Origin: Gemmatimonadales bacterium
GTDB taxonomy: Bacteria > Gemmatimonadota > Gemmatimonadetes > Gemmatimonadales > GWC2-71-9
Length of the DNA: 64,000 nt
Direction of reading: 5' to 3'
Assembly (NCBI GenBank): GCA_035702425.1
Contig: DASSQQ010000102.1
Span: 6,747-70,746, forward strand
The translations under genes and the position numbers were made by a program. The notes below the pieces were generated by a model. That model was not told where the DNA came from. It was given only the letters and a program-made list of their open reading frames with translations, and did no database searches. This document shows positions 35,834 to 45,811 of the stretch, piece by piece; positions within the stretch are counted from its first letter, which is position 1; the number at the start of each line of letters is the position of its first letter.

Positions 35834-37084
35834 ATGCGCCGCGGGGTGAGGGCCAACCTTCCCGAGGTCGCGCGCACCGCGGTCGGCATCGTCCTCGGCC
35901 TGGTCTCGTCGCCACTCGCCGCCCAAGCCCCCTGGCTCGCCCCCGGCGCGCAGGCGATCGGGGTCTTCACTCAACAGAATCCGATTCCCGGAGGCGGCTC
36001 GCTCGGCGAAGCCCGCCTGGTCCAGCCGGTGGCGATGATCGAGGCCGGCTGGGGCCGGCTCACGCTCACCGCCACCGCCGACGTCGAAGGGCTCACCATC
36101 CCCAACGGCGAGCTCACCATCGGCGCCTACGGCGAAGGATTCGTGGATCGCCGGCATCCCCACACCTACGTCCACGAGCTGATCCTCGCCGCGCACGACG
36201 TGCTGGGACGGGCCGACGGACCCGCGTCCCTCTCGCTCGCCCTCGGCAAGGGGTTCGCGCCCTTCGGACCCGACGATCCGATGAGCCGGCCCGTTGAGCG
36301 CTATCCGGTGAACCATCACCTGGCGCAGATCCTCGAGCGCGCGCTGGTCGGCGCCGGGGTGCGGGTGGGGCCGGCGCTGCTCGAAGCGGCGCTCTTCAAC
36401 GGCGACGAGCCGGAGAATCCGTCGGAATGGCCCAAGGTGAGCCGGGTGGGAGACTCCTGGTCGGCGCGGCTCACGGTGAGTCCGCTCCGAGGCGTCGAAT
36501 GGGAGGCGTCGCTCGCGCGGGTGCATTCGCCGGAGCAGCGCGGCGGCGCGGGACCGGATCAGTCCAAGTGGAACACGTCCGCGCGGTACCAGGGCTCGGA
36601 CGGCGCCGCGCAGTGGTACGGGCTCCTTTCCATCGCGCGAACCTCGGAGGCGAACGGCGCGTTCGTCTTCCAGAGCCAGGCCGCGGAAGGGTCGGTGACC
36701 CTGGGCCGCCACACACCCTATCTCCGGATCGAACGCACCGAGCGCCCGGAGGAAGAGCGCACCACCGATCCGTTCCGGACCGTGCGCCCGCTCCTCGAAA
36801 GCTCGATTCTGGGCGTCACCCGCTGGACCATCTTCACGGCGGGATACGGGTACGACCTCAGGCCGCGGGGCCCGCTCGCGGTGCGGCCGTTCGGGGAAGT
36901 CTCCTACGCGCGGATCGCGAAGGTCGGAAGCGGGCTTTTCGATCCTCAGACCACCTACGGACGCACCTTTTCCTGGACCCTGTCGGTCGGCGTGGCCGTG
37001 CGGTGGAAAATGACGGGACACCGGATGGGTCACTATCTCGATGACCGCGCGATGAGCGGAATGGCGGGTATGCGTGGGATGTGA
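35834..37084 (+). CDS. Hypothetical secreted / outer-membrane protein
   Basis: The start is ATG 35834. It has a signal peptide ending PLAAQA and His-containing blocks (RRHPHTYVHEL, NHHLAQ). I do not recognise a family. Confidence 0.5.
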   Translation: MRRGVRANLPEVARTAVGIVLGLVSSPLAAQAPWLAPGAQAIGVFTQQNPIPGGGSLGEARLVQPVAMIEAGWGRLTLTATADVEGLTIPNGELTIGAYGEGFVDRRHPHTYVHELILAAHDVLGRADGPASLSLALGKGFAPFGPDDPMSRPVERYPVNHHLAQILERALVGAGVRVGPALLEAALFNGDEPENPSEWPKVSRVGDSWSARLTVSPLRGVEWEASLARVHSPEQRGGAGPDQSKWNTSARYQGSDGAAQWYGLLSIARTSEANGAFVFQSQAAEGSVTLGRHTPYLRIERTERPEEERTTDPFRTVRPLLESSILGVTRWTIFTAGYGYDLRPRGPLAVRPFGEVSYARIAKVGSGLFDPQTTYGRTFSWTLSVGVAVRWKMTGHRMGHYLDDRAMSGMAGMRGM

Positions 37085-38243
37085 CCGTGGCGCCGTCCTC
37101 CTGCTTCTCGCGCTGGGCGCCGGGGCGTGCCGCGAGGATCACTCGGTGGCCGCCCCTCCGCCACCCGGAGACAGCACGCCCGCGCTCGTCGCCACGGTAA
37201 ACATCCCGCCCTACTACGGGATTCACGACACCTACGTCCGGGACGGGATCGCTTTCGTCTGCGCCTGGGACTCGGGCGTGATCATCTTCGACGTGGGGAA
37301 CGGAATCATGGGTGGCACCCCGGCCGCGCCGGTCCGGGTCTCGAGCATCGTCACCGCGGGCGGCGAGGTCCACAACGCCTGGTGGTTTCACAACCCGGTG
37401 ACCGGGGAGAAGCGCTACCTCTTCGTCGGGCAGGAAGGGCCCGGGAGCATTGGGTCGAGCTCGAGTGGCGACCTGCACGTGGTGGACGTGTCGGACCTCG
37501 GCAACCCCAAGGAGGTCGGCTTCTTCCACATCGCGGGCGCGGGACCGCACAACTTCTGGATGGACGAGACCGGTCAGATCCTCTACGCCGCGTACTACAA
37601 CGCCGGCGTCGTCGCACTCGACGTGTCGGACACGCTCGCGGGCGACCTCTCCGCCCGCGGCATCGACACCATCGCGCCGGGCGGCGCCGGCAATACCTAC
37701 GTCTGGGGCGTCCAGCGCGTGGGCGGGTCGCTCTACGCGCTGGACATGCTGAGCGGGCTCTGGCGGCTCGGCGCGAGCAGCGGCCACTTCGCGACCGGGG
37801 GCGGCGGGAACAACGTCCCCGAGCGGTACGGCTCCGACCTCTGGGTCTCGAACGGCTACGCCTACACCGGCACCTGGGGCTTCGCCCAGCGCACCACCGG
37901 CGTCGTGGGCAACGCGCTCAAGGTGTGGCGGCTCGATTCGCTGGGAGCGCCGGCGCTGGTGGACTCCATCATCACCGCCGGGATCGTCACGGTGAGTGAC
38001 GTGGAGGTCTCGGCGGACGGCAAGCTCCTGATGTTCTCGACCGAAGGCGGCTCGGGCTCGGGGTTCTACTTCTATTCCCTCGCCGACCCCGCGCATCCCG
38101 CGTTCCGCGGACAGTACCTGGTCTCGACCGGCGTGCATACCGCCACTTTCGGATACATCGGGGGCAAGGTGTATGCGTTCGGCGCGAAGGATCCGTCAGG
38201 TCCGGAGCTCGTGATCCTGGACGTGACGGCGCTGGATCGGTGA
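37074..38243 (+). CDS. LVIVD-repeat beta-propeller lipoprotein
   Basis: 389 aa with the lipobox LALGAGAC. It has repeated segments ending in (V/I)xxxDVS-type motifs (IIFDVG, LHVVDVSD, VVALDVSD, LVILDVT). Confidence 0.65.
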   Translation: MGCDRGAVLLLLALGAGACREDHSVAAPPPPGDSTPALVATVNIPPYYGIHDTYVRDGIAFVCAWDSGVIIFDVGNGIMGGTPAAPVRVSSIVTAGGEVHNAWWFHNPVTGEKRYLFVGQEGPGSIGSSSSGDLHVVDVSDLGNPKEVGFFHIAGAGPHNFWMDETGQILYAAYYNAGVVALDVSDTLAGDLSARGIDTIAPGGAGNTYVWGVQRVGGSLYALDMLSGLWRLGASSGHFATGGGGNNVPERYGSDLWVSNGYAYTGTWGFAQRTTGVVGNALKVWRLDSLGAPALVDSIITAGIVTVSDVEVSADGKLLMFSTEGGSGSGFYFYSLADPAHPAFRGQYLVSTGVHTATFGYIGGKVYAFGAKDPSGPELVILDVTALDR

Positions 38244-38247
38244 GCCC

Positions 38248-39918
38248 TTACATCCGCTTGTACTTCGGCCCGCTCCCGCCCTCGCGCGGGGTCCACCGGG
38301 GACCGAGGACGTCGGTCGCCTTGCAGTCCACGCAGTTCGGCGCGTTCACCCGCAGGACGCCGTCCACTTCCTCGTAGACCCCCGCCGGACAGAGGTGCGC
38401 GTAGAACCGCGCCACCTCCGCCGGCACGTCCCGCCCGATCACCAGGTGAGTGGGGATGGTGTCGCGGGTCGCGTTACCCGACTTGAAAACCGCGTCCACC
38501 TTGCTGATCCCCGGGGACCCCGGGCTTTCCCCCGGAGTGAGAGCCGCGCCGGCCAGGCGCGCGACCTCCGCGTCGCGCTCCATCGCGATCTTCCCGCCGG
38601 GAAAGCGGCCGCCGGTGAGGGTCATCAGCCCGGCGCGCACGCCGCCCGCCCAGAAACCGTCCTTGAACGCGAGCCGCATGTTGCGGGTGCGGTGGAGATC
38701 GTCCATCACGTACGAGCCGTTCATCGCGACATCGTAGGCGCCGAGCCGCGCCGCTGAACAGTCGCCGGCCTTGAGCGCGGCGAAGATCGCCCGCGCCGCC
38801 TCGATGCCCGACTGCATCGCGTAGTGGATGCCCTTGAGCGACGGCACGTCCACGAATCCCGCCGAGTCCCCGAGGACCACCACCCCGTCGCCGGAGCGGC
38901 GGGACGGGACCGCGTAGTAGCCGCCCTCCGGAATCGTCTTGGCGCCCCATTCCACGAGCTCCCCGCCCGCCAGGTACCCGGCGAACAGGGGATGCTGTTT
39001 CATTCTCTGCAGCAGGACGTGCACGTCCAGCGCGGCGTCCCGGTAATCGAGGCCCACCACGAGACCCAGCGCCACCAGGTTCGGTTCCAGGGGATACATG
39101 AAACTCCCGCCGAACGCGTCCGGCGGGAGCGGCCAGCCCAGGGTGTGGATCACCCGATCGAGGGGCCGCCTGGTCTCCCAGATCTCCTTCACCCCCAGCG
39201 CGAAGATCTGCGGATTTTCCGACGCGATGCGCCGCCACTCGAAGAACGCCTGCGCCAGCATTCCCCGGGTGCCCTCGGCGAGGGCCGTGACCTTGGCGGT
39301 GAGATCGTTCGGCGCCATGTAGTTGGCGAGCGGCTTGCCGTCCCGGTCGGTGCCGGTGGCCGCGGTGCGCACCCCCATCACCCGCTCTCCCTCCACGAGG
39401 AGCGCGGCGGCGGGAAATCCGGTGAACAGATTCACGCCCAGCGCCTCGGCCTTCTGGCCCAGCCAGCGGACCATCTCGCAAAGCGAAGCGACGTAGTAGG
39501 ACTTGTTGTGCATCGTCGGCGGGGTGGGAATCGGCAGTTTCCCGCGGGCGGTGAGGAGATAGACCGACTCCTTCGACACCGGGCCGCGGAACGGGAAGTC
39601 CGAGTCCTCGAGCTCGGGGAAGAGCTCGCGGAAGGCGCGGGGATTCACCACCGCCCCGGAGAGCGAATGCTCGCCCAGGGCTTCCGCCTTCTCGAGGACG
39701 CCGATCTGCACCTCCCCGAGGCCGCCGCCCGCGGCGTTGTCCCGGCGCACCAGGTTGGCGAGCTCGATGGCGCCGGCGAGCCCCGCCGGCCCCGCGCCCA
39801 CGAAGAGCACGTCCATCTCGAGCTGGTCCCCCGCGCCCTCCGCACCGTGCGGCACCAGGAGCCGGTCGAGAGGGAGTGGCGGTTGGAAACGCGCGGGGAC
39901 GACCGTCCCGCCCGTCAT
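38248..39918 (-). CDS. Electron transfer flavoprotein-quinone oxidoreductase (ETF-QO)
   Basis: Track ORF trimmed to ATG 39918. The protein is 556 aa with FAD motif VGAGPAGL and a C-terminal 4Fe-4S region (CPAGVY...NCVDCKA). Confidence 0.9.
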   Translation of the reverse strand: MTGGTVVPARFQPPLPLDRLLVPHGAEGAGDQLEMDVLFVGAGPAGLAGAIELANLVRRDNAAGGGLGEVQIGVLEKAEALGEHSLSGAVVNPRAFRELFPELEDSDFPFRGPVSKESVYLLTARGKLPIPTPPTMHNKSYYVASLCEMVRWLGQKAEALGVNLFTGFPAAALLVEGERVMGVRTAATGTDRDGKPLANYMAPNDLTAKVTALAEGTRGMLAQAFFEWRRIASENPQIFALGVKEIWETRRPLDRVIHTLGWPLPPDAFGGSFMYPLEPNLVALGLVVGLDYRDAALDVHVLLQRMKQHPLFAGYLAGGELVEWGAKTIPEGGYYAVPSRRSGDGVVVLGDSAGFVDVPSLKGIHYAMQSGIEAARAIFAALKAGDCSAARLGAYDVAMNGSYVMDDLHRTRNMRLAFKDGFWAGGVRAGLMTLTGGRFPGGKIAMERDAEVARLAGAALTPGESPGSPGISKVDAVFKSGNATRDTIPTHLVIGRDVPAEVARFYAHLCPAGVYEEVDGVLRVNAPNCVDCKATDVLGPRWTPREGGSGPKYKRM

Positions 39919-40592
39919 CGAATCACGAAAAAGTTGAGTCCGAAGGAGAATTGCATGTCCAGCGCGAGATTGGGCGCGTGGTATTCCGAGGGGTAGTTGG
40001 TGAGGTCGGGCTTCATCAGGTAGCCGGTCCACTCGAAGCGGGTGCCGATCTTGGGCGACACCCGGTGGTCGATCCCCAGCACCACCACGCCGCCGAACTC
40101 GGTGACGTCCGGCTGGTTGATCACCACGCCGGGCGAGAACTCGCCGATCGCGGCGCCGAGGCCGAAGTAGACCGGCACCTGGGGTTTGAGGCGGAAGAGC
40201 AGGACGCCGTCGGCGCGGAGCAGCCGCACCCGGTCGGGCGGGGAGAACGACGATCCCCCGTTGGCGGAGATGATCTTGTAATGGGTCCAACCGATCGCCA
40301 CGCCGAGGCGGAACGCGGCGCGCGAGGCGACGCTGGTCTGGAACCGCGCGCCCAGCCCCGGAGCGCCGGAGAGATCCTGGTCCGAGGAGCAGGGGTTGAC
40401 GTCGCAGCCGGGGACCAGGGGGTCGATGAAGACCCGGGTCGCGCGCCGGCCCTCGGAGCCGAGGAAGACGAAGGCGGTGAACGACGTCGGAAAAGCGGCG
40501 GGGGGCGGCTGCTCCCCGGGCATCTCCTGGGCGAGCGCCGGCCTCGCCAGCGCCGCGAGCGCGAGCAGGAGTCCGACCGCGCGCTCACGCAT
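39915..40592 (-). CDS. Small outer-membrane beta-barrel-like protein
   Basis: 225 aa with a signal peptide (LLLALAALARPALAQE), a beta-rich body and the C-terminal FSFGLNFFVIR. It overlaps etfA by 8 nt and ETF-QO by 4 nt (ATGA). Confidence 0.55.
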   Translation of the reverse strand: MRERAVGLLLALAALARPALAQEMPGEQPPPAAFPTSFTAFVFLGSEGRRATRVFIDPLVPGCDVNPCSSDQDLSGAPGLGARFQTSVASRAAFRLGVAIGWTHYKIISANGGSSFSPPDRVRLLRADGVLLFRLKPQVPVYFGLGAAIGEFSPGVVINQPDVTEFGGVVVLGIDHRVSPKIGTRFEWTGYLMKPDLTNYPSEYHAPNLALDMQFSFGLNFFVIR

Positions 40593-41556
40593 GCAGTTTC
40601 GCGATCTCCTCGGAAAGCCGGGGCACGATCTCGAAGAGATCGCCCACCACGCCGTAGTCCGCCACCTTGAAGATGGGCGCGTCCTTGTCCTTGTTGATCG
40701 CCACGATCACCTTCGAGGTCCGCATCCCGGCGAGGTGCTGGATCGCGCCCGAGATCCCGACCGCGATGTACAGCGTGGGACTCACGGTCTTCCCGGTCTG
40801 CCCCACCTGGTCCGCGTGGGGGCGCCAGCCGGCGTCCACCACCGCGCGGGAGGCGCCTACCGCGGCCCGCCCGCCGAACGCCTTCGCGAGATCCTCGAGG
40901 AGCTTGAAGTTGGCCGGCTCCTTCAACCCGCGGCCGCCCGAAATCACGACCGGGGCCTCGCCCACGTCGAGCGATCCGGTCGCCGCCTTCACGTCCTTCA
41001 CCGTCACCCGGCCGGGCGCGACGCTCACCGCCGCCGTTTCCGCCGCGCCCGCCTTGGGCCGCTCCACCGGGGTGAAGACGTTGGGCCGGAGCGACACCAG
41101 GGCCGGCTGCCCGGTGAGCTTCACCTTGAGAATCGCCTTGCCCGCGTACACCGGCCGGCTCGCGATCACCGCGCCGCCCTCGGCCGCGACGTCGGTCACG
41201 TCCGCCGCGAGGCCGACGGAGAGTTTCGCCGCGACCCGCGGCGCCAGGTCCTTGCCCGTCGCGCTCGCGGCGAAGAGCACCGCCGCGTAGCCGCCCGCCT
41301 TCACCCGGTCGGCGATCGCCCGCGCGTAACCCTCCGGCGCGTAGGCGCCGAGCCCCGCGCCGGTAAGCGTCACGACCTTGTCCGCGCCGAACGCGCCCAG
41401 GCGGTCGGACCCCGACACCGGGCCCGCCCCCAGCACCAGCGCGTCCACGGTGGCGCCCAGCTGGTCGGCGAGCCGGCGCGCGCCGGTCACCACTTCGTGG
41501 GACACTTTGCGGAGCGCGCCGCCGCGCTGCTCGGTCACCGCGAGGACGGCGCTCAC
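40585..41556 (-). CDS. etfA: Electron transfer flavoprotein subunit alpha
   Basis: 323 aa with the C-terminal FAD-binding block PTLYIAVGISGAIQHLAGM. Confidence 0.9.
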   Translation of the reverse strand: MSAVLAVTEQRGGALRKVSHEVVTGARRLADQLGATVDALVLGAGPVSGSDRLGAFGADKVVTLTGAGLGAYAPEGYARAIADRVKAGGYAAVLFAASATGKDLAPRVAAKLSVGLAADVTDVAAEGGAVIASRPVYAGKAILKVKLTGQPALVSLRPNVFTPVERPKAGAAETAAVSVAPGRVTVKDVKAATGSLDVGEAPVVISGGRGLKEPANFKLLEDLAKAFGGRAAVGASRAVVDAGWRPHADQVGQTGKTVSPTLYIAVGISGAIQHLAGMRTSKVIVAINKDKDAPIFKVADYGVVGDLFEIVPRLSEEIAKLHA

Positions 41557-42323
41557 AGGACCTTCGCCTCCTCGCGGAGGATGCGGAGCAGCTCGGGCAC
41601 GGCGCCCGCGCCTTCGCCCACGATGCGTCCTTCCTTCCGCTCCGGCGGCGGCGTCATCGCGAGCACTTCGACTCCGCCCGCCCCGGGCGAAATCGGCTTC
41701 ACCTCGAGGGGTTTCTTCTTCGCCGCCATGATCCCCTTCAGGGCCGGGTAGCGCGGCTCGTTCAGACCCTTGTCCGCGGTGATCACCGCGGGGAGCGGAA
41801 ACTCGACCACCTCCACCCCGCCTTCGATCTCCCGCTCGGCGGTGCCGTTCCCGTCGGCGAGGTCGAGATGCGCCGCCGCCGTGACGCAGGGAAGATCGAG
41901 CAGCTCCGCCACCATCGGGCCCACCTGATGGTTGTAATCGTCGATCGCGATCTTGCCGAAGAGCACCAGGTCCCAGGGACCGCCGGCTTTCAGCTCGGCG
42001 GCGAGCGCCTTGGCGGTCTCGAGTCCGTCGGCCGGCACGCGGTCGGTCTGGAGCAGAATGCCGCGGTCGGCGCCCATCGCGAGCGCGGTGCGGATGGTCT
42101 CCTGGGCCGCGGGGCCGCCCAGCGCGAGCACCACCACTTCTCCCGCGCCGGCTTTTTCCTTGCGCTGGAGCGCCTCTTCCACGGCGAATTCGTCGTACGG
42201 ATTGAGGATGAACTTCACGCCGGCCTCGTCCAGACTTCTGCCGTCGGCGGCGATCCTGACGCGGGTCTCCGAATCGGCGACGCGCTTGATGCAGACAGCG
42301 ATGCGCAATGCGGCATTCCTCAT
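41553..42323 (-). CDS. etfB: Electron transfer flavoprotein subunit beta
   Basis: 256 aa with IAVCIKRV...NPYDEFAVEEAL, which is typical of EtfB. It overlaps etfA by 4 nt. Confidence 0.9.
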   Translation of the reverse strand: MRNAALRIAVCIKRVADSETRVRIAADGRSLDEAGVKFILNPYDEFAVEEALQRKEKAGAGEVVVLALGGPAAQETIRTALAMGADRGILLQTDRVPADGLETAKALAAELKAGGPWDLVLFGKIAIDDYNHQVGPMVAELLDLPCVTAAAHLDLADGNGTAEREIEGGVEVVEFPLPAVITADKGLNEPRYPALKGIMAAKKKPLEVKPISPGAGGVEVLAMTPPPERKEGRIVGEGAGAVPELLRILREEAKVL

Positions 42324-42364
42324 GGAGTGAATTGGGCGGTCATCAGTCGCCGACGACTGAGAAC

Positions 42365-43552
42365 TCAGTTGAATGCATTAATCCCGGTGATTTCCTGCCC
42401 CAGCACCAGGGTGTGGATGTCGTGGGTGCCCTCGTAGGTGTACACCGACTCGAGGTTGGCGAGGTGCCGCATCGCCGGGTACTCGGCGAGGATGCCGTTG
42501 GCGCCGAGGAGGCGGCGGGTCTCCCGCGCGACGTCGGTCGCGATGCTCACGTTGTTGCGCTTGGCGAGAGAAACCTGCTGCGGGGTCATGGTTCCCGCGT
42601 CCTTCAGCCGGCCGAGCTGGAGACAGAGTAGCTGGGCCTTGGTGATCTCGGTCAGCATTTCGGCGAGGCGCGCCTGCTGCAGCTGGAATCCGCCGATCGG
42701 CTTCCCGAACATCACCCGGTTCTTGGAGTAGCTCACCGCCTCGTCGTAACACGCCATCGCGGCGCCCACGGCGCCCCACGCGATCCCGTAGCGCGCCTGG
42801 GTGAGGCACATCAGCGGGGACTTGAGGCCGGCGGACTTGGGAAGAATCGCGTCCTTCGGGACCCGCACGTCCTGGAGCACCAGCTCCGAGGTGTCGCTGG
42901 CGCGGAGCGAGAGCTTGCCCTTCTGATCCTTGGCCGAGAAGCCCTTCGCGTCGGTGGGAACGAGGAAGCCGCGGATCGAGTTCTGGTCCTCGAGCGCGCC
43001 GGTCTTGGCCCAGATCACCGCCACCTGGGCGGTGGACCCGTTGGTGATCCACATCTTGGCGCCGTTCAGGACCCAGCCGTCCTTGGTCTCCTTGGCGACG
43101 GTGATCATCCCCCCGGGATTCGAGCCGTAGTCGGGCTCGGTGAGGCCGAAGCAGCCGATCACCTTGCCGCTCGCCATTTCGGGGAGCCAACGCTTCTTCT
43201 GCTCGTCGGATCCGAAGGCGAAGACCGGGTACATCACCAGCGCGCCCTGCACCGAGGCGAAGGAGCGCACGCCGGAGTCTCCGCGCTCCAGCTCCTGCAT
43301 GATCAGCCCGTAGGCGACGTTGTTCAGTCCGGCGCAGCCGTACTGTTCGGGGAGATTCGCCCCGAAGAGACCGAGCTCGGCCATGCCGGGGATCAGCTGC
43401 TTCGGGAATTTCCCCTGGACGTAGTGCTCGCCGATGATGGGGAGGAGATTGTCGTCCACCCAGGCGCGAACCGTGTCCCGGACGGCCCGCTCCTCTTCGG
43501 AGAGCACGCCGTCGACCCCGTAGAAATCCACGCCCTGGAACTTGGCAGCCAT
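42365..43552 (-). CDS. gcdH: Acyl-CoA dehydrogenase, glutaryl-CoA dehydrogenase-like
   Basis: The start is ATG 43552. The protein is 395 aa with GLTEPDYGSNPGGM and YEGTHDIHTLVLG blocks typical of GCDH-type ACADs. Confidence 0.8.
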   Translation of the reverse strand: MAAKFQGVDFYGVDGVLSEEERAVRDTVRAWVDDNLLPIIGEHYVQGKFPKQLIPGMAELGLFGANLPEQYGCAGLNNVAYGLIMQELERGDSGVRSFASVQGALVMYPVFAFGSDEQKKRWLPEMASGKVIGCFGLTEPDYGSNPGGMITVAKETKDGWVLNGAKMWITNGSTAQVAVIWAKTGALEDQNSIRGFLVPTDAKGFSAKDQKGKLSLRASDTSELVLQDVRVPKDAILPKSAGLKSPLMCLTQARYGIAWGAVGAAMACYDEAVSYSKNRVMFGKPIGGFQLQQARLAEMLTEITKAQLLCLQLGRLKDAGTMTPQQVSLAKRNNVSIATDVARETRRLLGANGILAEYPAMRHLANLESVYTYEGTHDIHTLVLGQEITGINAFN

Positions 43553-43631
43553 GAGCAAACCCCGTGGTATGTCGCGGGTCGCGCGACGTCCGCGTCGCAC
43601 GACGTAGCGTCTGATGACGTAGCGCCGGCGC

Positions 43632-44501
43632 TCAGTTCGTCGGTGTCCCGACCGAGACCGAGTCCCGCCGCTCCATGCCCTGCCCCCGCGCGAAGGCGAA
43701 GGTGTCCGACGCGCGGAACCGTCCCCGCTCCGATTCCCAGCGGAAGAAGGTCACCTGCACCGCCGCGGGTTCGATGGTGACGACGTTGAACGACGACGGC
43801 CGGCCGCCGCGGGAGCGGGTGCAGAGCGTCCCCGCGGTGGAGACGATCACGTGGTCCCCCAGCACGTCCGCGCCCTCCTGGTGGTCGTGGCCGCAAAGCA
43901 CCACGTCCGCGCCGCAGGCGAGGATCCGCTTCTGCGCCGTCCGCCAGCGGGCCAGTCCCATCCGCTGTGAAATCTCGCCCCGCAGGACGTTGTGGTGGAG
44001 GACCAGCACCCGCGCGAGATCCGGCGGCGCGGCGCCGAAGATCAGCTTCACCCGGTCGATTTCGCGCCGGGGCAGGTGGCCCTTCACCGCGAGGTCCCGC
44101 ACCCGGGTGGTGAGGGAGCCCCAAGCGACGCCGAACGAGGTCTGGACCCCCGCGATCACCGCGCCGCCGGACAGCTGGAGCGAGGGGGCGAGATCGTCGC
44201 CGAAGTAGCGCCGGTATTTCGCCGTGCGGCGCGCCGCGAGCCCGGGGACCAAGGGCCAGTGCCACCACTGCACGTCGTGGTTGCCGGGGAGGACGTACAC
44301 CGGCGCGGTCTTCGTCGCGAGGTTCAGGAACGCGCGCCCCCGCTGGAACTCGCCGTGCCGCGCGCGCTGGGAGATGTCGCCCGAGATCACCGTCGCGTCG
44401 GGCCGGAGATCGGGAATCATCTCCTCCAGGGCCTCGACCTGGCGGACGTCCGCCAGCCCGCCGAAGTGGAGATCGGAGACGTGGAGCAGCTGGACCGTCA
44501 T
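43632..44501 (-). CDS. Metallophosphoesterase
   Basis: 289 aa with HVSDLHFG, GDISQ, GNHD and GHDH motifs. Confidence 0.85.
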   Translation of the reverse strand: MTVQLLHVSDLHFGGLADVRQVEALEEMIPDLRPDATVISGDISQRARHGEFQRGRAFLNLATKTAPVYVLPGNHDVQWWHWPLVPGLAARRTAKYRRYFGDDLAPSLQLSGGAVIAGVQTSFGVAWGSLTTRVRDLAVKGHLPRREIDRVKLIFGAAPPDLARVLVLHHNVLRGEISQRMGLARWRTAQKRILACGADVVLCGHDHQEGADVLGDHVIVSTAGTLCTRSRGGRPSSFNVVTIEPAAVQVTFFRWESERGRFRASDTFAFARGQGMERRDSVSVGTPTN

Positions 44502-44511
44502 GCGCGTACCG

Positions 44512-44823
44512 TCATTTCAGCACCTCCAGCGCGACCCGGGACGCGATCTGATACACCAGCGCGTACCACACCACCGCGGCCGCGGCCCCGATGGTCCGCG
44601 CCGTCCGATCCGGCGGCAGGGTGAGCACCAGGTACGCCGCCAGCGGAAGGGTGGTGCCGAGCGCGATCCAGCGCGCGATCCGCCCCGCGCGCCGGGTGAG
44701 GACGCGGGTGCAATCGGCGCAGATGCCGCCGATCGTGAGCCCGGGAACCATCGCTCCGCACTTGGCGCACGGGTGGCTAGGCCCGACGGGCCACGGCGTG
44801 AGCAAACTCGGCGGTTGTAGCAC
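44512..44823 (-). CDS. Small zinc-ribbon membrane protein (hypothetical)
   Basis: It has CAKCG...CADC (two CxxC) followed by two hydrophobic helices. The start is uncertain (GTG 44823 or TTG 44805), and either one overlaps the upstream gene's 3' end. Confidence 0.4.
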   Translation of the reverse strand: MLQPPSLLTPWPVGPSHPCAKCGAMVPGLTIGGICADCTRVLTRRAGRIARWIALGTTLPLAAYLVLTLPPDRTARTIGAAAAVVWYALVYQIASRVALEVLK

Positions 44824-45811
44824 GGCCCCCCAGATCCCTGGTGCGCACGTTGTCCTTCACGATCGTGGTCTCGATCGCCTTGCGAAGCGCGTTGCCCGCG
44901 GCGGCCTCCCCCACGTGGTCGAGCAGCATCGCCGCGGCCAGCATTTGCGCCGACGGGTTGGCGATCCCCTGCCCCGCGATGTCGGGCGCGGACCCGTGCA
45001 CCGCCTCGAAGATGGCGGCGTGAGTGCCGATGTTGGCGCCCGGCGCCAGCCCGAGCCCGCCCACCAGCCCCGACGCCTCGTCGGAGAGAATATCTCCGAA
45101 CAGGTTCGTCGTCACGATGACGTCGAACTGGTCCGGATTGATCACCAGCTGCATCGCGGCGTTGTCCACGATCTTCTCGTCAGCCGTAAGCTCCGGATAG
45201 TCCTTGGCCACGAGACGGCCGGTCTCGAGAAAGAGGCCGGAGGTCGCCTTGAGGATGTTCGCCTTGTGAACGATGGTGACTTTCTTGCGCCCGTTGCGCC
45301 GGGCGTAATCGAAGGCGTAGCGGCAGACCCGGAGACAGCCGTCCCGGGTCATCACCGAGAGCGCCTGCGCCACCGCCTTGGGGTCGTCCCCCACCCGGAA
45401 GGTGTGGTCGAGGCCGACGTAGAGCCCCTCGGTGTTCTCCCGGACGATCACCAGGTCCACGCGGTCGTAGCGCCCGCCCGGCACCATGGTCTTGGTGGGG
45501 CGGACGTTGGCGTAGAGATCGAACTCCTTTCGCAGGGCGACGTTCACCGAGCGGAACCCGCCGCCCACCGGCGTCGTCAGCGGTCCCTTGAGCGCCAGTC
45601 TGGTGCGGCGGATCGAATCCAGGGTGGCGTTGGGAAGCGGGGTCCCCGCTTTCTCCACCGCCGTCGTCCCGCCGAACTGCTCGTCCCAGTCGAACTTCAC
45701 GCCCAGCGCGTCGAGGACCAGCAGGGTGGCCTGGGTGATCTCGGGGCCGATGCCATCCCCCGGGATCAGCGTCGCTTCGCGGCGGCCGTTGCCGGCGCTC
45801 TTCGCGCTCAC
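44777..45811 (-). CDS. Isocitrate/isopropylmalate dehydrogenase family protein (NAD-IDH-like)
   Basis: Track ORF trimmed to GTG 45811 (GTGA overlap). The protein is 344 aa with [34 protein letters not shown] and [22 protein letters not shown]. Confidence 0.85.
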   Translation of the reverse strand: MSAKSAGNGRREATLIPGDGIGPEITQATLLVLDALGVKFDWDEQFGGTTAVEKAGTPLPNATLDSIRRTRLALKGPLTTPVGGGFRSVNVALRKEFDLYANVRPTKTMVPGGRYDRVDLVIVRENTEGLYVGLDHTFRVGDDPKAVAQALSVMTRDGCLRVCRYAFDYARRNGRKKVTIVHKANILKATSGLFLETGRLVAKDYPELTADEKIVDNAAMQLVINPDQFDVIVTTNLFGDILSDEASGLVGGLGLAPGANIGTHAAIFEAVHGSAPDIAGQGIANPSAQMLAAAMLLDHVGEAAAGNALRKAIETTIVKDNVRTRDLGGRATTAEFAHAVARRA

